Below, one piece after another: positions 1-12,627 of a DNA stretch of 47,837 bases (positions are counted from its first letter, which is position 1; the number at the start of each line of letters is the position of its first letter). Source of the stretch: Octopus bimaculoides. Its lineage: Eukaryota. Made by a program: the position numbers and the translations under genes. A model generated the notes under the pieces. It was not told the origin of the DNA and did no database searches. It worked only from the letters and a program-made list of their open reading frames with translations. The DNA lies in the NCBI RefSeq assembly GCF_001194135.2, contig NC_068987.1, positions 35,544,575 through 35,592,411 on the forward strand. Reading direction: 5' to 3'.

Positions 1-204
1 ACGTAGGTATTTCAAAATTTCTTTTTTAATATTTCATTACATTTAAATTTCTATCCTACAAATTGAAAAGGAGCTTGATAAAATTAACTAAATTAGCATA
101 GAATAATGGTTTCATATTGTTTATAATTAAGATCTAATCCGGTAATATATGAATGCAAAAGAGAGTGTTGAATAACTGTAAACCTACTTTTGGGCCACCC
201 TATA
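1..204. mobile_element. Right end of a Tc1/mariner-type element or MITE (left end outside window)
   Basis: 183-204 CCTACTTTTGGGCCACCCTATA; its reverse complement TA-TAGGGTGGCCCAAAAGTAGG resembles TA-flanked Tc1/mariner TIRs. Partner TIR not in window. Confidence 0.4.
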
Positions 205-207
205 TAC

Positions 208-208
<1 letters not shown>

Positions 209-262
<54 letters not shown>
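209..262. repeat. (TG)n microsatellite
   Basis: Direct reading. Confidence 0.98.
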
Positions 263-266
<4 letters not shown>

Positions 267-501
267 CGCGCGCTCAAGTGTTTCTGCACGTGTGTGCTTG
301 TGTAAAATATAATTTTAAAGGTAGTGCCCTATTATGGCCGTCTGATGATTGACATAAGAAAAATAATGTATATATATAGAAATTCCGCAGTGTTAGTTGA
401 GATAATAATTGAATGAGTAAAGAAACATTGGATGTTGTATTAGTCTTCATTTTGTACGACTTTCGTTTCGTTTAATCCTGCTAATCTCCTTTGAAAGTGG
501 G

Positions 502-566
<65 letters not shown>
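502..566. repeat. (AAT)n microsatellite
   Basis: Direct reading. Confidence 0.98.
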
Positions 567-1175
567 TGATTAAGCAAACAGAAGATGGATTTCGTATTAA
601 ACTTTATTTTGTATGATGATCGTTTCGACCCGTCCTTCTACTGTCCCTTATGGGTGGGATTCTATGCTTGATGTTGTGTTGTATCTGTTTGCAGTCTGAA
701 TCACATTAGGTACATTCATACATAAAGGGATATCTCGCTAAAGATCTTGAGTTTGGGCAGTCATGTTGTTATTTACAAATAACGTGCGTGTGTGTATGAG
801 TGAGTGTGCGTGTAACGTACTCAACCCGATGTTAACACGAAGCAGTTGACAGACCTTTTATCAAGAAAAGCTTCAGGCAATGCATGCTATCCTCCTTGGG
901 TAGGAAAAGTAAAGAATTTACCTTCAGCGTTACTTCGTCTGGTGTCATTGGGATTATAAAAGAATTCTCACTCTTGGACATGGTGTAAGCCTTTACAGGG
1001 TGTTTTCTATATCAGGTTTAGTATGATATTGCCGCTTCTAATATTTCAACAATCTGCATATACTGCAACAACGATATATTCTCTTTGTACCCACCTTGAA
1101 ATACATTCGACAAAGGAAATATTATGAAATGTAGTATTGGTAACTGGGAACTGTGCAGAATGTTCTTATAAGAAT

Positions 1176-1217
<42 letters not shown>

Positions 1218-1400
1218 ACACACACACATACACACAGGCGCGCGCACGCACACACGCACCTATGTAACGTACATACAAAGAGAGGAAACTTAGCTATTCT
1301 CCCGGGTATACAAAATGACAACAGACCCAATCGTTTTTCGAAACTTATTGTGTTCTCATCAGAAGAGTGAACATCACTTTTGCCATCCAAGACAAACTAA

Positions 1401-2322
1401 NNNNNNNNNNNNNNNNNNNNNNNNNNNNNNNNNNNNNNNNNNNNNNNNNNNNNNNNNNNNNNNNNNNNNNNNNNNNNNNNNNNNNNNNNNNNNNNNNNNN
1501 NNNNNNNNNNNNNNNNNNNNNNNNNNNNNNNNNNNNNNNNNNNNNNNNNNNNNNNNNNNNNNNNNNNNNNNNNNNNNNNNNNNNNNNNNNNNNNNNNNNN
1601 NNNNNNNNNNNNNNNNNNNNNNNNNNNNNNNNNNNNNNNNNNNNNNNNNNNNNNNNNNNNNNNNNNNNNNNNNNNNNNNNNNNNNNNNNNNNNNNNNNNN
1701 NNNNNNNNNNNNNNNNNNNNNNNNNNNNNNNNNNNNNNNNNNNNNNNNNNNNNNNNNNNNNNNNNNNNNNNNNNNNNNNNNNNNNNNNNNNNNNNNNNNN
1801 NNNNNNNNNNNNNNNNNNNNNNNNNNNNNNNNNNNNNNNNNNNNNNNNNNNNNNNNNNNNNNNNNNNNNNNNNNNNNNNNNNNNNNNNNNNNNNNNNNNN
1901 NNNNNNNNNNNNNNNNNNNNNNNNNNNNNNNNNNNNNNNNNNNNNNNNNNNNNNNNNNNNNNNNNNNNNNNNNNNNNNNNNNNNNNNNNNNNNNNNNNNN
2001 NNNNNNNNNNNNNNNNNNNNNNNNNNNNNNNNNNNNNNNNNNNNNNNNNNNNNNNNNNNNNNNNNNNNNNNNNNNNNNNNNNNNNNNNNNNNNNNNNNNN
2101 NNNNNNNNNNNNNNNNNNNNNNNNNNNNNNNNNNNNNNNNNNNNNNNNNNNNNNNNNNNNNNNNNNNNNNNNNNNNNNNNNNNNNNNNNNNNNNNNNNNN
2201 NNNNNNNNNNNNNNNNNNNNNNNNNNNNNNNNNNNNNNNNNNNNNNNNNNNNNNNNNNNNNNNNNNNNNNNNNNNNNNNNNNNNNNNNNNNNNNNNNNNN
2301 NNNNNNNNNNNNNNNNNNNNNN
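1401..2322. other. Assembly gap (others at 2922-3248, 17268-17656, 21368-21934, 35628-36069, 36775-36856, 39188-39615, 41851-41965, 43495-43980, 44768-44891)
   Basis: N runs, most flanked by (AT)n or (CA)n; ORFs spanning them are artefacts. Confidence 0.99.
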
Positions 2323-2378
2323 GCAGAAATATTTATATTACTAAGTCTCTCTAAAGGAGACTACGGCAGAGGTATTCG

Positions 2379-2887
2379 ATATTAATAGTTATCGCCAGGC
2401 CAACACGGCAGTCCAAAAAATAGGACGAATGCTGCTGTTGATTAGCTCCAAGAGGCCATCGCCTTTAGCTAACTATGTGACACACGAATCTGTGTCCATT
2501 ATAACCTTCGAACAGGGGAGGTCAGCCGCTTCCCCTTGCTGGTCTGGCATCTACAGACTAGTTTCAGGCTATTGTCCCTTGTCAATGTAGAGCAGCCGAA
2601 CCCAGCAGGCGTCGCTACTGACCGTCTGTACGCAGGATTATTTAACAAAATTATACCCCTGCTGGGTTCGGCTGCTCTACATTGACAAGGGGCAATACCT
2701 CGAAACTACTCTGTAGATGCCAGACCAGCAAGGGTAAACAGCTGACCTCCCTTGTTCGAAGATTATAGTCGACACAGGTTCGTGTGTCACATAGCTACCT
2801 AGAGGCGATGGCCTCTCGCAGCTAATCACAGCAGCATTCGTTTTAGCTTTTGGACTGCCATGTTGAATTGGCGATAACTATTAATAT
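2379..2887. mobile_element. Fold-back MITE with ~230-bp imperfect inverted arms
   Basis: Arm 2379-2609 (ATATTAATAGTTATCGCCA...CCCAGCAGG) is the reverse complement of 2658-2887 (CCTGCTGGG...TGGCGATAACTATTAATAT); 48-bp spacer; no ORF. Confidence 0.85.
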
Positions 2888-3248
2888 ATATTTATGTATT
2901 TATATATATACAAGCATATGTNNNNNNNNNNNNNNNNNNNNNNNNNNNNNNNNNNNNNNNNNNNNNNNNNNNNNNNNNNNNNNNNNNNNNNNNNNNNNNN
3001 NNNNNNNNNNNNNNNNNNNNNNNNNNNNNNNNNNNNNNNNNNNNNNNNNNNNNNNNNNNNNNNNNNNNNNNNNNNNNNNNNNNNNNNNNNNNNNNNNNNN
3101 NNNNNNNNNNNNNNNNNNNNNNNNNNNNNNNNNNNNNNNNNNNNNNNNNNNNNNNNNNNNNNNNNNNNNNNNNNNNNNNNNNNNNNNNNNNNNNNNNNNN
3201 NNNNNNNNNNNNNNNNNNNNNNNNNNNNNNNNNNNNNNNNNNNNNNNN

Positions 3249-3282
<34 letters not shown>

Positions 3283-3871
3283 TGTAAATCCTTTCAGTAA
3301 AATTTGGTACAGCGAACCATTTTGGGAAACAGTTAGAAGAAATATAATTAAAAGCAAAAATCGACCTTTGTGGCGTTATTTTGCACTTATTCAGATGGGA
3401 AAATTATGTTAAGTGCGAATTTATATGCTGAAGACTTAAAAAAGTCACTCGTCGTTTAACAAGCTATTTAGTTCATCTTATCTTACTACTGAATGCTCAT
3501 CATAGACAACGATGGAAATTCAATGATCATACGTATATGTTCTTCTAAAGTGTTTTTTGTTTGAATATTTTCCTGTACAGTACTACAAACATTTACGTAT
3601 ATTGATAGTTATAATACTATTGATCATAAGTCAGTTCTATTAATATTGATCGATGTTTAAACAATATGAATATCATCGTACCAACATGCCAGCATATTTT
3701 CCTACGACAAAAATGTTAGTGTTGGTAGGGAGTTAAACCAATGCTACATTGTTCAAATCTTCTCTGAGGTTATATTAACATTTTATCACCTAGCTGATAC
3801 TACAATTCATAAGAATGACGTAATTAGTGCTACTTCCTTTCGACTACTTCTTACAATATGGGTTGACGTAT

Positions 3872-4063
3872 GAAAGGCAGAATGTTTAACGGTATTTCGT
3901 CTGTCTTTACGTTCTGAGTTCAAATTCCACCGAGTTTGACTTTTCCTTTCACCCTTTCGGGGGAGGGGCGATAAATTAAGTGCCAGTTGCGTTTCTGGAG
4001 TCAATCTAATCGCCTGGCCCCTCCCCAGAATTTTCGGGTCTTATGCCTAGAGTAGAAAAGAAT
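3872..4063 (+). mobile_element. tRNA-derived SINE, degenerate
   Basis: B-box-like GAGTTCAAATTCC; body homologous to copies at 6149 and 31161. Confidence 0.8.
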
Positions 4064-4758
4064 ATGGGTTCACATATGCCAAACTATATAGTGATCGTTT
4101 TCAATCGGTAGAGCAGCTGGTGATATACCTTGCGCTATTTAAATATGAGATGTTATATCTATATTCATATCAGAGTCTTCTCTTTTTATTTTGCTTAAGA
4201 AATATCGCACCGGCCATGTGTTACCGTCGATATAATCGGCTATATATTTTCACAAATTGTATAGCTTAGAGCTTAAGTTAGCAATCAATATTCAATTTAG
4301 AACAGATGGTGGATAATAAAACGTCAACAAATGTCTTAAGAAAACACAGTGCATCATATGGACTATTAAATTATACCAAGCAATGCATATGCAAATATAT
4401 TTAAATATCTTCCAAACTTAACACAATTGACGTGTGTGTATATGCTTACCCACGTATACAAATGATGACACTCCAATTTAATTGTCGTAATAAATTTCAA
4501 TTAATAACATACCCACGCATTAACAGCCAATGAGTATTCACTGGAGTATCACTCTTGTCTGTTTCTCTTTTATATATCTCATCGTGTAACCAATGCTTCC
4601 GCCACTCTCTCGACCACTCATGAGTTCCACATTAGAATGACGTATATCATTAGCTCAGTAATGATATACCTTCTAGTATTAAGCAACTTCTCCCAGCATT
4701 TATAAAATCGCAGCAAATCGTCATCTCACTTCGAAACGCTTTGTAAGTTGGAGCGTGA

Positions 4759-5745
4759 TCATTATCATTATTATTTTGGTTTGGCTCAGGTTTGGCCTTC
4801 TCCCTGGTAGGAATTATGTCGGTAGCGAGTTACTACCTGTAATCTTAGGTACCACACATTTTCAGCTCTCTTTCAAGTTGTAGAACCCTCCTGATAATCC
4901 TTGCTGTCTCTAAGAGACAAACTTTTCCAGAATCTGTACCGGGTATTCTCTTTCAATTTTTTTCAGGTATTTGTTTATATATTTGCTTACTGTTCCCAAC
5001 GCACCAATTATTATATGCACGACCTTTACTGTTCTCCTGCTCCAAATTATTCTTATTTTAAATTTTATGGGATTGTAATTTCTTTGTTTTTCTTCCTCTT
5101 TCTTTACGATCCTGGAATCAAACGGGCATGATCGGTCGATGAATAAATAACTTAGTTTTTCCTGATATATAATTGTTATGTCCGCTCTATTATTTTCTTC
5201 TAGTCCGTTTGAGTAGGAAAGTCCCACAAAATCTCACATTTCTCCGATTCCAATACCCTTTCAATTCGGTGATTGTACCGTGTGCTTCCATCTTGAAATC
5301 GCTATTTCTGACGCAGTTTACAGTGTAAAATATTACAACACCATGTCTTACAACCATTTCTTATATTCTTGCTGTGCCAAATTGGAGCATTCTTCCACAA
5401 GGTGAGCCACTGTTTCGTTCCAAGTTCCACAGGCTCCATATTCTTCTGACACTTGCTCTCCATATATCTTTTTCCTTATGTTTTTTTTATTGCTTTATCT
5501 TAGACTGCTACAATTAGGCTCGCTATTCCCTTTTTTAATAGCCCTTTTTTTAAATCGAGTTTGGGATTTTGCTCAGTGGCTCTCCAAAATTGGCCATGCA
5601 GGGGTTTCATTCCAATCTGTCTGCCGTGCTCTCATTGTATTTCATTCCTGTTCTTTTCTCGCATTAGCGCTTGATCACCGATTCGTTATTTACTGTCTTT
5701 GGTAGTTTTTCTGTGATCCTCTGTTAATATTCTAATAGGTTTCTT
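4759..5745 (-). mobile_element. R4/Dong-like RLE LINE, 3' fragment (lineage A)
   Basis: Translates with frameshifts to KPLHGQF, a C-x2-C...ETVAHLVEEC zinc knuckle, ILWDF, and RLE motif RADI...IDRSCPFDSRIVKKEEEK...IIIGALG; ends in AAT-like tail. Confidence 0.85.
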
Positions 5746-5794
5746 CTTTCTATATGTACAACTTCTATTGCTAATAAATACTTCCACTCTGGTC

Positions 5795-5877
5795 TCTCCT
5801 CCTCCCCCTCCTCCTCCTCCTCCTCCTCCTCATTATTTTTATTATTATTATTATTGTCGTTGCTGTTGTTGCTGTTG

Positions 5878-5917
<40 letters not shown>
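5795..5917. repeat. Compound (CCT)n/(ATT)n/(GTT)n microsatellite
   Basis: Direct reading. Confidence 0.95.
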
Positions 5918-5918
<1 letters not shown>

Positions 5919-6083
5919 ATTTTATGTTTTACTTTTGCTTTGCATTTGTACAAGTGGGTTCCAAGTCTCACCCACAGACTTCAAGAGAAAGTTAGAATCT
6001 CATGTTGGTGCTATGCCTAGGGAGCCACATGTTTGGTTTTGTACATAGTGTTCTTCTAGAGAATGTTTAAGAAACCATAAGAA
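5918..6083 (-). mobile_element. 3'UTR remnant of Dong-like lineage B
   Basis: Homologous to 6405-6570 and to the reverse complement of ~19280-19447; (ATT)n on both sides. Confidence 0.85.
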
Positions 6084-6091
6084 GATTATTA

Positions 6092-6148
<57 letters not shown>

Positions 6149-6149
<1 letters not shown>

Positions 6150-6335
6150 GGCATCGATTCGTTAGCACGCCGGGCGAAATGCTTAGTAGTATTTCGTCTG
6201 TTGCAACGTTCTGAGTTCAAATTCCGCCGTGGTCGACTTTGAATTGCATCCTTTTGGGTTCGATGAGAAAAGTACCAATTGAACATTGTTGTCGCTGTAA
6301 CCGACTCGTCTCTACCTCCCCCAAGCTGCCCTTAT
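6149..6335 (+). mobile_element. tRNA-derived SINE (same family as 3872)
   Basis: GTTAGCACGCCGGGCGAAATGCTTAG...GAGTTCAAATTCCGCCG...GTCGACTTT. Confidence 0.85.
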
Positions 6336-6404
6336 GGAAAACATTTAAAATGATGATAATAATGATAATAATAATAATAATCATTATTATTATTATTATT
6401 ATTA

Positions 6405-7783
6405 TTACCTTCTGTTTGACTATTGTTTTGCATTTGTACAAGTTGGCTCCATATCTCACCCAGAGACCTCTAGAGACAACTTAGAAGTTCATGTTGGTGT
6501 TATGCCTAGCGTGCCATATATTTGGTTTTGTACATAGTGTTGTTCTGGAGAATGATTAAGAAACCATAAGAAAATTGTGTTTGTTTAAAAATTGGAGATT
6601 ACATAGACACTATTTTACGTAGGATCTGGCAGTTCACATGAGCACTATCTTTTGAATTTCTGTCATTTGGGTTTTTTCTGGTATTTGAGCTAGGTAGCAA
6701 TCAACCCCTTTTGCTATCATTCCTAGGGCACCTATGACAACAGGTATTGTTTTAGTCTTCAGGTTCCACATTTTGCTAATTTTTATTTCGAGATTTTTAT
6801 ACTTGCTCAGTTATGGGTAGGGCTTGACAGATACGTTTATATCGATTAGTACAGTCATATGAATGAGGAGGCATGATTTTTGTCTGAAGTCTTTCAATAT
6901 GTTGCCTGGCCTATTTACATCTATCTTTCAGTTAGTGCGAATGGTGAAGTTCCAGAGGAGAGAGATGTGATCATTCTCAAGCACTGGAGATGGTTTGTGT
7001 TCCCATCAGTTTTTATCATGTGACTAGTCCAGATTTTTAAAAATTACCCAGTGTATATATTGTGCAGCTCTATCATGCCTATTGAGATACTCTGTTGAAG
7101 CAAGAAAACTACACATAGAGACATGATTAATGGTCTCATTTTGTTGTTGAGATACACGACATATTGGGGAGCTGCCGTTATTTAATATGTTGCCCTGGTA
7201 GTCCCTTGTAAGTAGGCATTGATCATGGGCTTCTGTTTCTGATTTTAAATCAGAAGTCATTAGCCATTGAGGGGTAAGGGTTTGTCAAGATTGGCATTAT
7301 TTTGAACATGTTATTATCTCTGAAGAATCTAACACGTTTTCATACCTTATTATGCGGGCAGCTTTAGCACATAACTTTTGCTTGATGGTTTCTATGGTGG
7401 TGTCAATGTCAACTATGGTTTTCACATTATATTTTTTTTTTAGTTTTTGGGTCTTTGTAGGTTTGATACTCTTATCAAATTTAAGGTTTTTCAAACATTC
7501 TATGTCAGATGTAAGTAGCTTAATTTGGTGTTGAATGCGCTCTTGCCAAGAAGGCTTTTTGTGGGAGTGTTGTCGTTTTCTAATCTGTTCACCACATAGA
7601 ACCGTTGAGATTTTTGCGGATGCATAGTACAGGTGGTTGAGATCTGTAATATCAACATCATTAGCTGAAATTATATCCTTAAGTGCAAGGCGGATTTTAC
7701 CAATTATTTTCAGGTTTTGGTTAGAATTGCAAATGTTTGGGAGAGTATCGCACTCATTCATACTGATTTCTTTAATTTTCACC
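6405..7783 (-). mobile_element. Dong-like LINE lineage B lacking the RT domain
   Basis: N-terminal block (7297-7782: PSWQERI...KQKLCAKAARIIRY) is joined at ~7297 directly to LKSETEA..DQ, zinc knuckle, RHDRAAQYIHW, RLE region, 3'UTR and (AAT)n tail. Confidence 0.85.
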
Positions 7784-7784
7784 T

Positions 7785-10700
7785 ATTATTCTCATTAGCA
7801 TGTTCTTTCAATTCTACTTCCATTTCTTGTCAAGTGTCTTCCTGACACCAAGGGCAGAGAAACGTACTGCATACATTGGTAGGCCTTTAAAACAAGCACA
7901 CCAGATTCTTCATTTACAGAGGCATGTGACAGAGAAAAATGGGAAGTTAGATAGAAAAAGGAAAAAATGCGAAATCGAAAACTAAACAAATAAAATAAAG
8001 AGGAAAGGAAAGAAAATGTACAACCACAATGCCCTTCTAAATACGTGTGACGTACCAGTTAAGAACATCGATTGCACTAACTGCCTGGATAGTAAGCCCA
8101 GGATCAGACATAAATAATTTTCAGTTCTTTTTTTGATCATTCCAAGTGCTCGTTCAATCACTGAGATTGTAACCGTCTTGAGTTGCCACATCTTTTCGAT
8201 TTCGATTGGGAGATTTATATATTTTCTGAGCTTATCAAATACTTTTGACGAGATATTATAGTCACAGAGTATGCTCATGCCAATCAATAAACATATTTTT
8301 ATTGCTCTTTTATTTCACAATATCTGGTTTATTGGTTTTGGTTGACCGATCTGTACATACTGGGGAGTCCCAGAGAATAGTTACATCTCCCTCAGTTTCA
8401 TGGTGTTTGTACCATTTGTGAGCAGTTTTGACTTTATAAGGCCGGCACCGTTTCCAATGTAGATATTGGCCAACTCTGTCATGTCTTGATTTGTACTCAA
8501 CGCGTGCTAAAACCTTACTTCCAGAGATTAGATGGTCGACCGTTTCTATCCCATCGTTGCAGTATCGGCACTTTGGGTTTACACTATTTTTCATCACATT
8601 GATTTGATAGTTCTGGGTCAGTAAGCTCTGATCTTGGGCAGCCAAGATTAAGCCTTCACTCTCTGCCTTTAGCCCTAAGCTCTGTAGCCACTAAGGGGTG
8701 TGCTTCGGGTTTATATGAACTTGTTTGCTACGAGACACATATTTGCCATGCAGAGGTTCTTTTTCCCCACCTATCAGACAATTGTTCGAGCGCATTTTGC
8801 TTCTGCTATTGATTTCACCATCTTCGCAACTACAGTTGTTGCTCTTCCCTCATGCTGTTCATCCTAGCTATTATGCATGAATCGTTTGAAAATATTTTGT
8901 CTCCTTCATAAGAGAATGAAGCTTTTACGTTTTTCATGGTTTTCAACGAGCTTTAGAATCCAGTAGTTAGATGTTTCAAAATACTTTGCAGTTCATTTGT
9001 GCAGGTTTTGCAGATTTCAAATTGGATCAAGCTTTGAAGTCCTTCAGTTCTGAATGGGTAAAAACGATTTGCGTTTGCTTTGCGCGGTGCATCTTATTGC
9101 AAGTCGGCAGCTTACAGATTTTCCAACCAATCTTCCTTATTTCGCTTATATTCCAGTTCAACACGTTCAAACTATAAATAACAACAGGAACTGCTAAGGA
9201 ATTCATAGCTAACCCCTTTTACGTTAATTTAACTCTCATGTAAGATTCCTTCCTGATCTCCTCTTTCATACTTACATGTTGAATGCCTGAGCCCTCATTT
9301 ATTCCGAAGTATGTGTAAGTTTGTTCCTGATCGGGTTCTTTATTGACGGTGTCAACATCCAACGCCACTGAATGTGAGGTCTTCAGTTTCCCCTTCTGGA
9401 AAGTGACCTTGACAAAATTATCAAGACCAAATTCCATCCCATTGTCATCACTGAATGCTTTCACAGTACGCAGTAGTCCTTCAAGATCATTATCGTCTTT
9501 ACCACAAAGTTTTATGTCATGCACATAAAATAGATGAATTATTTTCTTGTCGCCAATTTTATATCAATACTCTGTTCTGTTGAATTCATTTGTAAGGAGT
9601 ATAAGGGCTATGCAAAAAAAAATTAAAGGTGAAAGTGAGTCACCTTGCAAAATGCCGCAGTTAATATTAATATTTTTTTGTGGTCAGTACTCCATTAGAG
9701 TGGTATAATTGGAGATTCGTATTGACATGTTGTGTTTCGGGAAGCTTGAAATCACAGGAAAAATTTAGAAGATATCTAGCAATTTGAAGATCCATGAATG
9801 CGGTATGCTGTTGAAGGCCTTTTTACAATCAGTCCATGAAGAACGGAAATTTCTGCATCTGTTATAACAGTTCTCAAGTGTCATGCGATTGATTAAGAGT
9901 TAGTCATATGATCCACATGAGCCTCTTCGGCACCTTGTTTGCTCAGTGGGGAAAATGTCGTCCCGTGTCATAAATTTCTGTTTTCTCCGCGAGGAGATAG
10001 ACATATTATGGGCCGATAGTTTTAGGGAAATTTCGCTTCATTATTCTTCGGGAGTAGGTAAGTAAAACTTCTTGCTAACCAATAGGGTGTTTTCGCAGGA
10101 TCCCTCATAATTCCATTGATTAACTGGGCTAACTTTTCGTGTGCTCACGGGAGGGAGGCGCGCCAGAAATTTGGCACCCTGTCGTTACCTGGAGATTTCC
10201 ACTTATTAGCCTTCGTGAGCGTCGTCCTTAGGGCTGTTATTGTGGTGTCCTCCCATGCTTGTTGTGGTAAACTTTAGTAGGATCCTTGCTTGTGTCTAAT
10301 CCAGTCTGCATTTTCATTGAAAGTCTTTTTATTTCCCCTGATATTTTTCTAGAGGTTCTCTATTTCTTCCGTCGAAAGTCTTCAACTGTTATTTTCTCGT
10401 TCCCTATTTCCCTATATAATATTTACGCATTGGGTGTCAACAGCTCATTTTATTTGTAAAATTTGTTTCTCTTCTCAAATATTCGTATTCCTTGAGATTT
10501 TGCTTGGACGTTGTGCTGCAGTGTTTCTTTTGATGAAAGCAGTTCTTCTTTTGGTGAGAATTTATGTTTTCTCTTCATCTTTCTTCCTTTTCAGGTTTTT
10601 ACATTGTTCCCACAAATTCGTTCATTCAATATTGATCTTTCACCTCTCATCATTTCGATATCTTTTTCAATTTTCCTTTTTGGGATTCTTCTCAGGCTTG

Positions 10701-11776
10701 TATTTCTTTGCCTTTTCAGAGGCATTACAACTGGTTTCAATCGTCTAAGCAGCTGCGTAAATAATTTCATTTAATTCAGAGATACCTCCGTTTTAAATCT
10801 TGTATAATTTCCTTTCTTACATAGTTTCCAATTATAATATGTTTTCTGTTATTGATCGTATTTGAGAGCATATGAAATTGTTCTCTGTCATGTATATTGT
10901 TGTGTCTCACAACTGCAAGCTATTCAGGATTTTCTGCTTCATTTCTAATATAGACTCTCTCTGTTCTTCCGTAAACGTGTAGTCTTCAAATATTGTTTTT
11001 TTACCACTTTCCTCACTATCTTTATCAGGTTCATTACAATTTATTTTTCCAGACGTTTGGTTAGATGGCAGTCTTTCAATTGGGGCTTGTGGAGAGTTGC
11101 TCTCTTCGTCTGGTTCTTCATTTCCTTGCTGTCTTATATTTAGGTCATCTTCCGCTGCGTGTTTGATTGCAGTTATTCCACTATCTGTGATGCTTTTATT
11201 TCTGAAGATAAACTTCCTAATATTTGCTAACTTGTTTTCGTCCAAATATAGTCTGCTGTTTTGACATCGTGTTCTCCATTGTTGATACGTTTGTGCCCTG
11301 TGATTCTCCTCAGATGGCCTGCGTAATGCATATTAATAGGTGTATATTACTTCTGTATTCTCTTCTCGGGTCCATTTGATCCTCATACATTTTTCTTTGT
11401 GTGTTGGGTGTGATGATGGACTTGGAGGGCTCAAGTTGCGACAGTTCCCGTTCAAGTGACCATCCAGGTTTGTATACAGAGAAGTGTTTATTCCAGTGGA
11501 TGATTCTTCGATCTCAGGGTGGTTCTCTCCTGGGGGACGCGCTTCCAGATTTACCATAAGACAAGCGATTCGGCGTACTGTTGTAGTTTTCCTTGGTGTT
11601 TCGTGAGACATATTAGCGCTACATTAAATTTATTAGTATTGAACCCTTTATTGTGGCAGATGTAGAGATGGACCTTGTCTCTGCCACTTTTGTCGACTCC
11701 AATAATAATACCGTTCCAGATACTTTAACTTTGCTATTACAACATTGCTCAACGTTTGTTACCACCAATAGTGCGC

Positions 11777-11779
<3 letters not shown>
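7785..11779 (-). mobile_element. Near full-length degenerate R4/Dong-like RLE LINE (lineage C)
   Basis: 5'UTR 11779-11612; ATG 11611; N-terminal KWTREEN...DENKLANIRKF; RT motifs WTDCKKAFNSIPH (~9820), GILQGDSLSP (~9645), FYVHD for YMDD (~9525); AAQDQ, C-x2-C...HLISG knuckle, RHDRVGQYLHW, KPDIV RLE; many stops and frameshifts. Confidence 0.92.
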
Positions 11780-11837
<58 letters not shown>

Positions 11838-11916
11838 GTGGTTGTTGTTGTGGTGGTGGTGGTGGTGGTTGTTGTTGTTGTGGTGGTGGTGGTTGTTGTT
11901 CTTGTGGTTGTTGTTC
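11780..11916. repeat. (ATT)n/(GTT)n/(GGT)n compound microsatellite
   Basis: Direct reading. Confidence 0.95.
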
Positions 11917-12502
11917 GTGTTGTTGAGAGAACAGCGCAGGCGATCAAAGTGACACCGGGGTAAAATATACAAAGCCCAGTATACCCATCTTGACTACCCA
12001 TCTTGACTACCCATCTTGACTACCCGTCTGATAAGGGTACACCAGGCACATACATCACAACCATATGTGCACGACATAGTGATTTCATATCAAGATAAAC
12101 AGCCCATAACCTTGCAGGTGGGACCCGGTTAGAATTGTCTTCATGTCGAGTTGTCCATCCCGCTCAAAAGGTCCTTGGATAAGGGTTGTTTAAGGATCTT
12201 GAACAAAATACCCATGATTCCAAAGCTGAATTATTTAAATCCCAAAGAATTCCTCTCGACACGTGGCTATGATGCTTCCCAACTACTTCTGCCCGTGATC
12301 AGAGAGACTCATACTATCAGTGACTAAGGGACATGCTCAACTTCTTAATGCCAAGCAACAGACAAGCAAATATGTGGTATTGAGCAGAAAATTTGTTGTA
12401 GCTCATCTTTCATACCAAGACAAAATAATGTACATGATAACACTTCCAATCAAATAAGATCAGAAGCCATGAGAGCCACAGCCTGATACTGCATCAGAGC
12501 AT
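11917..12502 (-). mobile_element. ~580-bp non-coding interspersed element between triplet microsatellites
   Basis: Complex non-coding block bounded by (AAT)n and (AAC)n; resembles an abundant octopus repeat from memory (unverified); internal 13-bp unit TACCCATCTTGAC x3 at 11982-12020. Confidence 0.55.
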
Positions 12503-12558
12503 TATTATTATTATTATTATTATTGTTGTTGTTGTTGTTGTTATCATCATAATCATTA

Positions 12559-12627
<69 letters not shown>
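12503..12627. repeat. (ATT)n/(GTT)n/(CTA)n microsatellites
   Basis: Direct reading. Confidence 0.95.

Noticed and set aside
1325-1368. Minus-strand CTGATGA-GAAC..GTTTC-GAAA hammerhead-like string
   Set aside because: Stem II is bulged, helix III and stem I cannot be formed, and there is no second copy. Other isolated CTGATGA words (343, 16786, 37094) lack GAAA.
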